A DNA stretch of 64,000 bases from Pavona decussata. Taxonomy: Eukaryota. Each line of letters opens with the position of its first letter. Position 1 is the first letter of the stretch. Shown here in pieces: positions 47,001-59,600 of the stretch. The stretch lies in contig CDRNST010000067.1 of the NCBI GenBank assembly GCA_977016875.1, forward strand, positions 2,294,001 through 2,358,000. The letters run 5' to 3'. Below the pieces are notes generated by a model, which was not told the origin of the DNA, ran no database searches, and saw nothing but the letters and a program-made list of their open reading frames with translations. The position numbers and the translations under genes were made by a program.

Positions 47001-47285
47001 ACAGGGCAACGACCGATAGAGGAAGAGATAACACAGCGAGCGTGGGGTTGGAACGGCCACACGCTGAGGAGACCAGATGGACATGTAGTCAAGAGGGCAC
47101 TGGAGTGGAACCAACAGGGGAAGCGAAAGAGAGGGAGACCCCAGCACACCTGGAGACACACGAGAATGGCAGAGTTGGTGGCGAAGCATCTTACGTGGAA
47201 CGAGGCAAAAGGTACTGCACAAAATAGGGTTAGGTGGCGCGCGCTATAGTTGAGAACCTATGTTCCAACTAGGAACGAAGAGGAT

Positions 47286-47354
<69 letters not shown>

Positions 47355-47421
47355 TAGTCAGTCAGTCAGTCGAAACTACTGACTGACTAGTCAGTCAGTC
47401 AGTAAGTAAGTAAGTAAGTAA
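44008..47421 (+). mobile_element. Full-length, mutationally inactivated RTE-clade LINE (APE + RT)
   Basis: 13-bp TSD gaatgctacagtt at 43995-44007 and 47422-47434, with an empty site at 38762. APE motifs NVRTM, LGVSEMRW, NQIDH, SDYH. RT motifs EEQAGFR, DFEKAFDS, GVRQGCLLS. Several stops and frameshifts. (TAAG)n tail. Confidence 0.95.
47286..47421 (+). repeat. (TAAG)n/(TCAG)n LINE tail microsatellite
   Basis: Direct reading. Confidence 0.9.
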
Positions 47422-47439
47422 GAATGCTACAGTTAAATG

Positions 47440-48129
47440 TACGGAGCCCCGTAAGGGATACACACTTTTTCTATTACTGCGAGTTTTACTGCTACTTTCA
47501 CTGCGAGTTTTACTGCCACTATCGCGGGACCAAGTGTCACTATTGCGGGATCCAGCGAAAACATGTGGCTGTAGCTATGCTTGTTGGATAAATCTTGTAG
47601 TTCGTCAAAAAGTGCAGGATACCGGGCGAAATTTTTTGAAAAAAAAAAAGCACACAACGGATTAAGAGCGACAATGTAACGGTGCCACATCTTACTCCAG
47701 CGATCAAAGGGAGAATCAGACTTCCAGAATGGGCACTACTTTGTCAACTTTTTCCCGGCAGTATTGATACCTTAGCATATGAGGCAAGATTGAGACGATC
47801 AAAGGAAATCAGAATTCGTACTAGCCTGAACATTTTATGACGAGGCGATTTTAAACGGCAGCCATTTCGATGACGATAACGAATCCACTTCAAGGTCGAG
47901 CAGGGGACTGGGTTGAGTTGCAAATTTTACCCAATTAATAAATTGATAGTACCATATGAGACATACGAAAAAACACGTTAAGATTAATAATTTAAAGCGT
48001 TCTCTGCTTAAAAGTTAAAAAAAGGTTAAAACGAGCTTTCGATTGCCAGTCTGCAATCTTTGACAAGGGATGAATAAAAAGCGCGAACATAAAATATATA
48101 CAGCTAAAAGTGTGGAAATAACAACAAAT

Positions 48130-48196
<67 letters not shown>

Positions 48197-48375
48197 TTCT
48201 CCGTCTAAATATCAAAGGTCTAACCGAACCACTCACTGTCAAAGATTGCAGACTGGCAATCGAAAGCACACCCGCGATACCTGTACCTGCACGATGATAG
48301 TAAGACAGTAATTTAAAGTGGCAGTAAAACTCGCAGTAAAAGAAAAAGTGTGTGCGTCCCTTATGGGGCTCCGTA
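47440..48375. mobile_element. Non-autonomous TIR DNA element
   Basis: About 55-bp TIRs tacggagccccgtaaggga...gcgagttttactgc / gcagtaaaactcgc...cccttatggggctccgta. Absent at the paralogous site about 38780. Confidence 0.85.
48132..48193. repeat. (AAT)n microsatellite
   Basis: Direct reading. Confidence 0.92.
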
Positions 48376-48836
48376 TCACTATTAGCGATCGGCACAGGCC
48401 AGCAATCAGAGACAAGTTAATGCTGTGCACTTCTGTTCATTCCCCCCCCCCCCCCCCCCCTCTTTTTAAAGTGACAGATGATTTTTTTTTTTGCATTCAC
48501 GAAAATATCAGTTCAGTTAATTCACTTCCTTTTCTAAAGCAAGTTCAGTGAGACTGTTACAATACAATATTTTTTGATAAAACAAACTTCATTGAGTTAT
48601 TTTTTTTTTGCTGGGGTAAGAACCGACACGACTTCCTTTGAAAACAAAGCCCAATTTCTTAGAAAGTAGAAAATAAAGAGAAAAGAAATAATTATTCACA
48701 ACATTTCCAACATAGTTCTTTCCTGATGTTCGTTAAAATTAATCATCAGTGTTTATTTTTTTCATGCAAAAGCAACTTTCGCTGATTAGAGTTTAAAAAA
48801 CTTTTACAGGAAAACACACAAAATTAACTGGTCTCA

Positions 48837-49817
48837 TTAGCGAAGTTCCAGTTCAATATTATTCGAATTTGTTCTGTTTATTTTTAACAAGTCCTTGAAG
48901 GCCTTTCGAAACATCTTATTTCTGCAACAATATATGACTGGGTTACAGAAAGAATTAAGAAAAATATACGAACTGCAAAGAGGTTGTGACAAAGTTATCA
49001 CATTCAAAGCATCGCTACTGCTCTTGCGAAATGTAGTTATCATTCCAAGGAAAATGCATGAGGGAAAATAACAGAAAACCAAAGTTACGATAATTATCCT
49101 TGTAGTCTTGAGAGCTTTGTTTTCTTTTGCAAAGTTAGCTATAGCTTCTTGTGAAACTTGCTCAGACTTGATCTGTCTCTCGTGTCGACGCGTTACAAAA
49201 TAAACGGAAATATGACACAATACAATCGTGATAATGTTAAAAAATGAAAAAGGGATACCTACGGTCTTAATGACAATTTCTAAGTCTTCTGATATGCTGT
49301 ACAAAATAGCAGGTAAACTTGCAATAACCCAAGAACAAACAACAGCTACTGTTACTGTGCGTGTTGTAACAATTGTGGTATAATGCAAAGTGTACTTCAT
49401 GGCTACCAAACGCTCCATACTAAGAAGATTCAGATGAAAGAGAGATGTGAAAACAGGAATATAAAAGAAGAAGAAAGTCCTTTTGAAGAAGTTGCAGTAT
49501 TGAGTTAAAGATACACCTTTTAAGACTTCAGTTTGAAGAGCAATGAAGGTAGGCTGAACTGCTATTCCGACCAATACATCAGTCGCTGCCAAACAAGCCA
49601 ACAGAATACTGTAGTTGTTTCGGAGTCTGGGCATTGTTTTTACTGCCACTATCACCAACACGTTCATAACGATCGTGAATGGACAGCTGATGGCGTTTAG
49701 AATAATGGATGTTATTGCAAAGCCATTGTTTTTCACGCGGTATTGCATACTCCAAACCATCTCGTTCATAGGACAGCTTGGAATGGCGAATCCTTGCTTG
49801 GAATCACTAGCGTTCAT
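48837..49817 (-). CDS. Class A orphan GPCR, second family, copy B
   Basis: Intact ORF; 19 aa differences from copy A by hand count. Confidence 0.93.
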   Translation of the reverse strand: MNASDSKQGFAIPSCPMNEMVWSMQYRVKNNGFAITSIILNAISCPFTIVMNVLVIVAVKTMPRLRNNYSILLACLAATDVLVGIAVQPTFIALQTEVLKGVSLTQYCNFFKRTFFFFYIPVFTSLFHLNLLSMERLVAMKYTLHYTTIVTTRTVTVAVVCSWVIASLPAILYSISEDLEIVIKTVGIPFSFFNIITIVLCHISVYFVTRRHERQIKSEQVSQEAIANFAKENKALKTTRIIIVTLVFCYFPSCIFLGMITTFRKSSSDALNVITLSQPLCSSYIFLNSFCNPVIYCCRNKMFRKAFKDLLKINRTNSNNIELELR

Positions 49818-51928
49818 GGTGGACAAATGCTTACTTGGTTACGTGTTTTCCGAATCAAAACGAAAACAATTTTAGTATTAAATTGTTTAGAGTTTTAGTG
49901 AAATAATGTTTATATTATTAACTCAAGAGACTGTTGTTGTACGGCATTAGCGGACAAAAGAATAGCTAATACCAATGGCGATAATTAAGAGGGTAAAGTT
50001 TTTCTTTAACGTTTGAAACGTAGCGTTTGTAAAAATCAAGGCTGGATTTCTCCTTTTTAAAATTTTTTTGGGAATTTCGGGTCTAATGAAATAAGAATAT
50101 TCTCAAAATATTAAACCAAATGTCTTCCGTTAACCGATGAGTGTATTCCACCGTTGATCAAAGAGTGCAATCTCTTTCCTCGGTGTTACAAGTGGCAGGA
50201 AGAACATCATTGTTCCAACTGGCAGTTCTTGCAATTCACAAAACAAAACGTTATTACTTTCGGGTGAAAGGAATTATTCTACCAACTATACAGTAGTGAC
50301 GGGTATTGGTTAATCTCTTAAAATTTTCAAGTGCCCGCCAAATTGCTGCTCGACTTACTCCAAATGGTTTTCAAGGGTGCTCTTCAGGCGCTCGTAGATT
50401 TTTCGCAAGTGCTCGCCCCCATTTATTTTCGGATTCTCGTGAAAAGCTGCTGACTGCAATGTTTAAATTTTTGTGTATAAGTAGTGTATTTTCAGTACAG
50501 AAAAAAAGTCACCACTGGATGGAATTGATGTAACGTTTACCCTGCCGGTGGTAAGATGCAGATGAAAAAAATTGAGAATAAATAAAATTCTTTAGAGCGT
50601 CAAGTTTGAGAGCTTCCGCTGATGTTCAAAACTGACAGCTAAACAGCAACTTGTCAAAATTTTAAAATATGTCTATTGCTTGCGGAAATAATTTCCTGAA
50701 GTGTTCCTTGCTCGTAATTTATACAAATACTCCAGATCTGGGCACGTGACTCTTGAAGCAAGTTTTGTATGCAGTTAGATATCATCGACACAGAACAAGC
50801 CAAGGACGGATGGACTGGGGGAAATAGATTGGTTTGCAAGTTCTACTGTTAAGTAAACATGATATTTGGAATGACTTGATGTTTTCATAAGTTAAATACC
50901 AAGTTCATGTAACATTGACTGCGTCGACGTAGCTTCGATTCTGTCATTGTGTATCTATATGGATTTTTGACAACCCATCAAGTCCGAGCTCCTTTGAGAG
51001 TGCAGTGCGAATGGTTTTTTTGTCGTTTAAAAGCTATTCCCAACGTAGCCAATATAAAAGTCATGGAATCTTTTTGTGAACGTTGGAAATTAGCATACGA
51101 GAAAAACATTAAACACCGCATACCGATAAGGAGGAGGTTTTATTGGGGTTTTAAAATCAGTGCACGTGATGTTTTATCGACCATTTGATAGGTCAATGGC
51201 TTATGAATTATTAATGATTTTTGAAGTTCACTGATACATACCATGTGGCCCTACCGACTCAGAATATCTTTCTGTAGACTAAATCAAAGTTTATTTGTTG
51301 TTGAATTATGTAAATCCTTTACCCGCGGCGTTTTAATTACAAGCATGCTGATGTTTTATCAGTTTTGTGCGGTTTGGATTTCAGCCGAAAACGGTGTAAA
51401 AACGTCGCGTTAATAATTGGCAAGCTAGAACTTTTGCCATATCACAAAGCTTTCAGTCCTAATTACATCCATTTTGAAATCACTGGTGATCCTTGGAATC
51501 TGATTGGTCCAAAATGGTGCAATTTATTCCCAAATTGCACCATTTTTTGCTCTAAATTGCATCCTTTCTTTAGCCCATCAAAATGGAAATGAAGTAACAC
51601 AAATAGAATATTAATATTGACAATGATACTCTGTGATTTCAAAATGGATGTAATTAAGTGGTAATTGAACTTCGTGTCGTGCAATTTTGGTTTGGTTTGA
51701 TTCTGAAATCACGCGTGTGATTTCAGACCAAATTGCACTCCACTCAGTTCAATTACCAATATAAATCAGAGAGTTTGTCACTGGCCAGTGCAATGTTAAC
51801 AGCGAAAGAAGGATAAAGAATTTGTGATAACAGATTAATTTTTGAGTGTAACTTAAGAAAATAACTAGCAAGGTAAAATTATAGGTATTGTTGGACAGTT
51901 TATTCTGACTCATTTTAACTCTGTATAG

Positions 51929-52171
51929 GTGTGGGACGTACGCTTCAGTTTGGTTAAATCGTCAGCATCCCTCTTCTGACCAAGGTATCGTTACTGGTCG
52001 GACATGTGCCAATATTGCAAACTTAACAATGGAGTGTGCGTGGCCATGGACCATCAGACTAAACAACTGTGGAGAGTTTTATATTTATGAACTGATACCC
52101 ACGCCTTACTGTATACTGTCCAATGATATAGGAAAGCCTTACAAGCAAGTCCAGCGGACATGGCACTGTTA
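51929..52171 (+). pseudogene. Duplicated last exon of the D8C gene, 3' part frameshifted
   Basis: Acceptor and 5' part match 37557 onward. The tactgt-atactgt duplication plus a deletion destroy the CPMRYC motif. Confidence 0.8.
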
Positions 52172-52866
52172 TAAAGCAAGTTCGGATATGGAATGGGTTT
52201 TTTTACCGTTCAGCCTGCGGTCAAATATTCTTCTTTTTGAAACACACAAGGGCGCATGCATTTGAAGGGAAAATTCTGCCTGTTCTCATTCCGGTTCTCG
52301 AATAACAGATTAGGTAGAATATCAGTTTCCAAAAGAACACACCTCTGCCTATTCCGATTAAACGTTTATCGAAAATCTGCCCAAACGAACGCAAATCTTT
52401 CTATTCTGAACAAACAGTGTATTCCGTTCATTTTGCCCTGGAGAACAGCATTCTCTTCATTCCAAAACAGGTCCCAAAAGAACATGAATACAGTCTATTC
52501 CATGTGTTCCTATTCCGGAACAGCCCCAAAAGAATGCGCTCAGTCAGTCCCTCGTTTGTATGTGAACCGACTGGTTCAACTAAGCGGATAACTTTATCCA
52601 GGATAGACTCGATTGAGAAAACCTCCCGTGCAATGTCTGAACGATACCACCTGATGGAATTGTGGGGTGTTCTAATTAGCATAAACATTTTGCGTGTTTT
52701 CCTCTCGTCTACGAGAAATATACAAATTTTACAAGAAAACCTTAAAATCCGCACATGCTTTTCTTTTCTAACAAGAAGAATGCAAATAAGCGCATAGCTA
52801 TATAGCTAAACCGTTTCCCAGAAAGCTGTTGGGTCAATCGAGTGTATTCCAACAAATCCATGATGT

Positions 52867-53150
52867 TAGAGCGGTTTTCAGTTGAGTGTCGGAAGTAATT
52901 TCGCGTTTGCTTTGGTTTTGCATTACTACGCTCTGTGATTGGTTAACAAAACTCGGGCCACTTTCTAAACCAATGGGAATCCAAACCAAAACCCGGCAAT
53001 CGTGTTTTCGCCGCACGCGTTCTCCCGCGTTTGGCGTCAGTTACGTGGATCTGCTTTGAATTCTGATTGACTCGTTGTCGTGTTGTTTACATCTTTTGTG
53101 ATTGGCCAGAGTAATCACTTTGGTTTTGGTTTTACGATACTCAATTGGTA
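52867..53150. repeat. Interspersed repeat (probable non-autonomous DNA element)
   Basis: Loose inverted ends ttagagcggttttcagttgagtgtcg / cgatactcaattgg...ccgccctaa. Related segments occur at about 54800-54960 and 56050-56160. Confidence 0.5.
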
Positions 53151-53659
53151 CCCCGCCCTAATCTAATGATCATAATTGAAGGTGCTTTCATGGCAACTGT
53201 GCATTGTTTGAGGGAAACAAACTCAAAGCGAATCTAGCAAAACCAGCCTGTTGTTGTTACAGCATTTTATTGACATCGTTCAGAAAGATCGTAGGAGTCT
53301 TTTTACAATAATATAATTCTTTTCAGCAGCGTTTATAAACTTATATATTATTCACGTATAGCTCTTTCTAATTTCAAAACACTTTGTAAATCCAATTAAG
53401 AAATTTTAAATTAAATTCTAGATAAAGTAAATGTATACAACGCCTTATAAGGCATGAATGAGAACGTATAAGAAAAGGGAAAACATGTCTGTATTGCAGC
53501 ACGTCAAAAACACAGAAAGAAATTACAATATCTACAAGCACTAATACGAGGACGGAGGATATCGGAAGGAAAGAGACGTCCGCAAGTAAGCGCTTCCGCT
53601 CATGAAGAGTCAATTGCCAACACAGCTCTGAGGTTTGTTGAATGACAGCTGGCTGTTGT

Positions 53660-56600
53660 TTAATTCAGACTTGTCTCCACCGGTTGCTTCAGTTTAGAAG
53701 ACGCTCGTTTTCTGGGTTCCAGTGTGAGAGAGGTTCGGTAAAGCATGTCCTCGTCCATAAGATTATCTTTAGAAGTCAAGTATTGGATAATCTGAAATAA
53801 ACACACAAAAATGTTATGAACAGTAAGAAAAGCTTGGCACGCTAGCTAAGTTGGTTGGCACGGAGGACACAACCTCCGCCGCTAATCCCGGAGATTAGCG
53901 ATTAAACATTCTCCACTGATTGTCCCACCTCTACGAATGAATGCAATGAAACGAGTACGACTGGGTTCACTAGGTCGATCAGCTGAAAACTCCCAGCTTA
54001 CGATTTAATACACCCACTTGTTTTAGTGGGTATGTTTTACTGGTTTGCGTGGAAGCTTTAATGACCATAATTTCAACTGAGAAATTATCAGTCACTGTCC
54101 AATATGGCGTCCGCATCGAAGAGAGCGTGAACCGTCAGTAATAATCCAGAGGAGCTTCTTAAGCGAAACCAGATGGAATATTTAGTAGAGAGAGTGATTT
54201 GGACCGTCAGCTCCAAAATGAGAGCAAAGAATCGAGGTAAGCAAGCAGTGAACTTTCACACAAGATACTTCACAGCCGCCATGCAATCGAGCAAATAGTT
54301 TTGAAATGCGAAGAAATACTTTTTAGATCAGCTTGTTACGCTCAAAATTTTGCTTATTTCATGAAACAAAAGTTCAAATTCATAGTTGGAAGTGCAGAGC
54401 TCAATACTTTTTGTTGGAATATATGTGACGTCCAAATGCAACAGCCAAATTTATCATGATGTATCCTCTGCATTCACGAGTTGCTCAAAAGAGCCTTTGA
54501 TTCTTGGCTGGTTCAGGCCTGTAGTCGACCATTGTTAACGAGTACTCCTGAACTGATGTAGCCGTTGGTTCACTACTCTCCTAACGCGAATACTAAGGGA
54601 ATACATTTTATACGGATCACACTGTTTACCGACCTTCTTATCGTGGTCCAGAGTGTACTTGTTCTGTTGATAATGCTTGATTTCCTGAATGACTTGAGCA
54701 ATCTGAAACCAACAAGCAGCAACACAATTCAGAGCCATTTAACCAAACATTCTGAGGGCCGGAGGGCTTCAAATTTACTGCCGAAAGCAATCTCGCTATC
54801 TCGACCAATTAGAAGACACAGGAAAACCAATCGTGACTTGCTAGCACGCGTTTTCCCGTTTTGTTTACGTGCTTCAAGTTCTGATCGGTTCAATTTACGT
54901 TTGGGGAAGAGCAATTTCTTTGGATTTGTTTTACCGCACTCATGTGGAAACCTTTCTACAGCATAGCAAACTGACAGATGTTGGAATTAACTGAAAAAAG
55001 GCGTACACAGTTTCAAATGAAGACCACTGACGCTTACTGAATATGCAAACATTAGAAAAACGTAGAAAGTTTTTATCCTTAGTTCAATGCTACAAGATAG
55101 TTTTTGGAATAGCTGGAATAAGAAGTGTAAACCGCCATGAAAGTATATGATATGTGCTGTACATAAATATGTTGCCATTATGTTATTTTAGGGTATAGCA
55201 AGTTTGTTTAAAATTAAATCCTCACCATTCTCATCTTGGAGAAATTAATGAGTCCATTTTCGTTGCTGTTTGGGGTACCATCTTCAATAAACGCTAAATC
55301 CGTCAGGTAGAAACCAAGATACGGAATGCAAGGTGGGTCCGCACTGAAGGAAACAAAAATAAAAACAAATATTAACACAAACTATGACATGGTATGGGAA
55401 GAATTGAAAATAAAGGATTGGAGGGATAAGGAAATAAAAGGCAAGACGAGGATACGAGAGGAAAGACAAAAGGACTAACTCTCCTTATTTTATTCGGTTT
55501 TGGCAACTCCATTTCGTTACATTCAGAGGCTCGCACCGTACATGGGTTGATTAAATAGGAACAAATGTAGCAGTAAAAGTGTTTTCCCAATAATAATTTT
55601 AAAAGAGCAGTCTTGTTTTACCACGCCAAACCCTATTACTCGTGTTAAACTTGTTAAACTGAACGACAAGTAACATTTACAGTCGTTACGTTGTCACAAC
55701 CAGATCGCAACCAAATTTTGCAATTTTCGGGGCACGGAAGGTGACGAACCTATTTCGGGAGGAAAGGGACACACTTTTCAACTGTAGTAACTATTAATTC
55801 TTTCTTTTCTTTTCTTTTTTTACTAAGGAGGTACAATTGATGGCATTTCACAAAAATTAAACACTTCATCTTAACTTGATTTATTCCTTGCACTCCTGTT
55901 GTACAAGAGGAATCACCTCAGAAATTAATTAGCAAAGGGGACGAAATAATTAAAAAATACGAGCCAGCTTCGTCAAAAACTTTGAATTAGTAAAAGCTGA
56001 TGCGAGCTAATACACACGGTATGTCGGTTGAAAAACATCAGGTGTCTTTTTTTAGCCAATCACAGCAAGCCAAACAGGTAAAAAACCGAAATAAATTGTG
56101 ACGAGGCTTAGGGGAGTTTTCTCGAGCTTTGTATCGGTTGTATGTTTTGGCTTCCTTTCACCTGCTGGAATTGACAACTTTTATTTTATTAAGGTTTAAG
56201 ACAGTCAATAAATCATTTCTGTCTACGTACCATCTGAGAGCTTCTCTCATGTTCTTAAAGCGCCCATCAGAGCTAACCAACTTTTGTAGCCGATCAATTA
56301 GCGTCCGCGTCTGTGACAAGACAAGGGTGGGATCAGCGGCAAACAAAGCTATTACATACTGTTCCATATCACAAACGTCTTTTGTGACTCCGAGGTTTTC
56401 TTGTCAGACTTCTATATTTGAATTTGCTATATATCTAGTCAAATCGTTTTCTGTCCAGGAAGCCTCGGAGTTGTGTTGGAGTTTTCCAACATGGGCGTGA
56501 CTCTCTCGTGGAAGAAAGTCTCCCATGGGGAGGGATTCTCATCAGCTGTAATTACTAGAGCCACTCTCCCACAAATGTGAATATCCATACTTGAAAACAA

Positions 56601-59600
56601 AAATGACACATCCTTGGGATGTAGAGCACTCAGTTACAAAGCGAAACTCGTATCTACCCCCCCCCCCCCCCCCAGTTACAAACACTTTTTTCCAATATCT
56701 TTCAAATTCTGCCCCAACGTTGATTCATGCTAGTTTCGACCATCCGGTCTCCTCTATGGCTTCGTAGCCCTTGTTTTGTGTTTATGAATGGACACATTTT
56801 AGCATTCGTCCACAGACTCAAACGATATAACCTCATTGCGCAGCAACATAATAAGAAGCAAAAAAGTAAGGTTTTGCCATTTGACTGATGACTCTCAGGG
56901 TCGTTCATCTACAGAATCACCCTGGACAACTACATGAAAAAAGTATCACTGGAACGAAGAGCTTTTGTCTCAACTTTACATAAACTGAACAGACTCAAGA
57001 GTTAATACTTCACCTGCAACAAAACAGGTGACACAGTTGAGTGCTTACCTGTTTAGATACCTTTTCCCAAGTCTTCTTAAGTCTGAAAATGGAACTGCTC
57101 ATGAAGGCCGAAGTGATTTCTAAAACGGAATTAAAATTGTGCAGATTGCGGCAAACCTCGCCTACCGCTGCCCACTTCTCGATAACGGTGGCGCGTGACG
57201 AGGGAGACTGGCGCCTAAGAATCTCTGAAGCCACAAGGGAACTTGTCTGTAAAAAAAACAACAACATAACGATATAAACAAACAGAAGAGTGAGGGCCGA
57301 TTAAAGGGAAAGGGCCAGTTATTTAAACAGAGTCTAACTTAGGGCCCGGGTTAAGGCAATCAGTAGCCTGCAAGCAAGCTCTCTTGGGGGTTGGGGGCGC
57401 CCCCTACCCCTAACAATACAATAATAATGTTTATTAGAGCTTGCTCGCAGGCAAGGCAATCAGTGGGCCTCCAAATCTGTTTATCAGTGGTTTATTTTAA
57501 GTAGATAAATAGTTTTCTAGTCTGGGATACAAGCCTTCTTGTTACCGTCAACAGCAGACAATGTTTAGATATGACTGTTAGCAAAATTGAAAATGGCTTA
57601 GAACGTGGATTTGGCCAATTTTTGTAGTAAATTACTATCCCGGTGTACTAAAACTGTCCTGGTTGTCTCTGACCATAGATGAACTGGGTTGGAATGGATT
57701 GCAACTTGAAAAACGTTAGACTAACGTTTTTGTAATACATTGAGAAGAGCACACTTACTTCATTGAATCGTTTAGTGACACGAAGAATGTTGGGCGCTCG
57801 TTCATTTTTATCCGGTTTCATCCAAGAAAGGTTGACGAATTCACTAAAAAAACAAACAAACAAAACACAACTTATAAATGTAGAGCTATTAAACATGCCC
57901 TGTTTCGTGCAAAGACGTGTCACAAAGTCTAAAAGCGTGCGTAGCTCCTTTGCGAGACATGCTGCCTGCGGGAAGGTGCACAAAGCAATGTTTCGTACAA
58001 CGTGCCCCGTGGACACAGGAATGAGCAGGTGAAGCGGTTCAAGATAATTACTACTTAATACCGCAGTCAGTGTTACTGCAGTCGTTATGAACAATTAAAG
58101 AATCGATGGTAGCAACGAAAAATTCTCAAAGAAAGTCCTTTGCATAGTTTATTATCCCTCAAAATAAAAAGTGAAAGATGACCTCCCATGGACTAGCATT
58201 CTACGTAGGTAGGGCTGGGTTATTTGTCAAAAGTACTAAAGCAAACAAAAAAAAAAAAAGAAAAGAAAGAAAGAAAGAAAGCAACAGTAACAACAACGAT
58301 CCACTTACTGTGAGGGAATCTTAGAAAAGATTAAGTGTTCCAAGAATGTGAGTTGTTCGGCGAGTTGAGTAGCGGAGATTTTATCAAACGTTGCTAACTC
58401 CTCAGCACTCGTGTTCTATAGAGAAAAGCAACATAGCCTTGATTACTTCCACTCGACTAAAGCCACATATAAGATACCCCTCTAAATAACCTCACACAAT
58501 AAGTGCCCTTTCAACATACCTTACGCTATCCGCAAAGCCAGCCGGATGACGAAGGTGCGTGTTTGGTGCCAAAAAATAAAAACAGTACCTGAAGCAGTGT
58601 TTATGAAAGCTGCCCAAAAATGATCCACTATTGTTTTATTTTTCCGGTCACCACTTAACAGTGAATGGTGTTTCTACTGGTTATTATCTTCCTTACAAAG
58701 GACTTCCAAGATACGAATCCCATCTCCAAATGTTACAATCAAGACGGCCACAATTGAACGAAGAAAATTGTCTTCTGTTCCGCAAGTAGATATGTGTTAT
58801 GATACAAATTTCTCTAACAATGAGCTATATAATACTTACCACGGGGTCCAAGGTTAACTCAAAACAAAGAGCGGCTTCTAATTCCTCGCGTTTTCGCTCA
58901 AGTGTCCTGGGAAAATTAAAACAAATCGTACACGAACTTTATCTCCATTTCCCTTGATCTGAAGCTACGTTACATTTTTCATTTGATCAGCTTAAATATA
59001 CCACAACATCAAGTAGACAACGAGAAAGGTAGCATCATCGGAACCTTGTTAAACGTCAAATAACAAATACGCGACTAAATTTCTCCACGTCCACGAGTAT
59101 ACGTGTTTGTTCATCTTATTTGCTGTAGCCGGACTGTATTTTTGCAAGGGGCGGGTGAGTGCGCGATGGGTATGAAGAATAAAAGGCAGGCTGGAGTACT
59201 AATGAACACTTGATCCACGCATTTCAAGCTTATTTTAGCTGGCAATTTACGCTCTTCAACAATGGTGACGGGAGAATTTCGTTCACACGTTGGTAGAATA
59301 TTTTGTACTTCATGATAGCCAAGAAAATGATGAAAAAGGCAAAAGGAAAAAAATAAACAAACAAACATTACTCACTTTATAATTGCCGTTGCAAACTTTT
59401 GCTCCAGATTGGTAGAAGCATCGTTGCTTATAATGTAATTCATTGACGAGATTAACTGGTCTTTTAACGTTGGATCGGCTTCAAAGTCCTGAATCGGAAC
59501 ACAAAAAATCAAACATCTGTATTAAGCATAAGAGTGGAATCAACAAAAACAATAACTATCTATAGCAAGACTTTCAGCCTTATGTGCCACATAGGCACCA

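Noticed and set aside
47360-47390. gtcgaaac with flanking stems as a second hammerhead
   Set aside because: No CUGANGA box upstream
48015-48395. Poly-Leu / poly-Asn ORFs
   Set aside because: Translation of an (AAT)n microsatellite inside a TIR element
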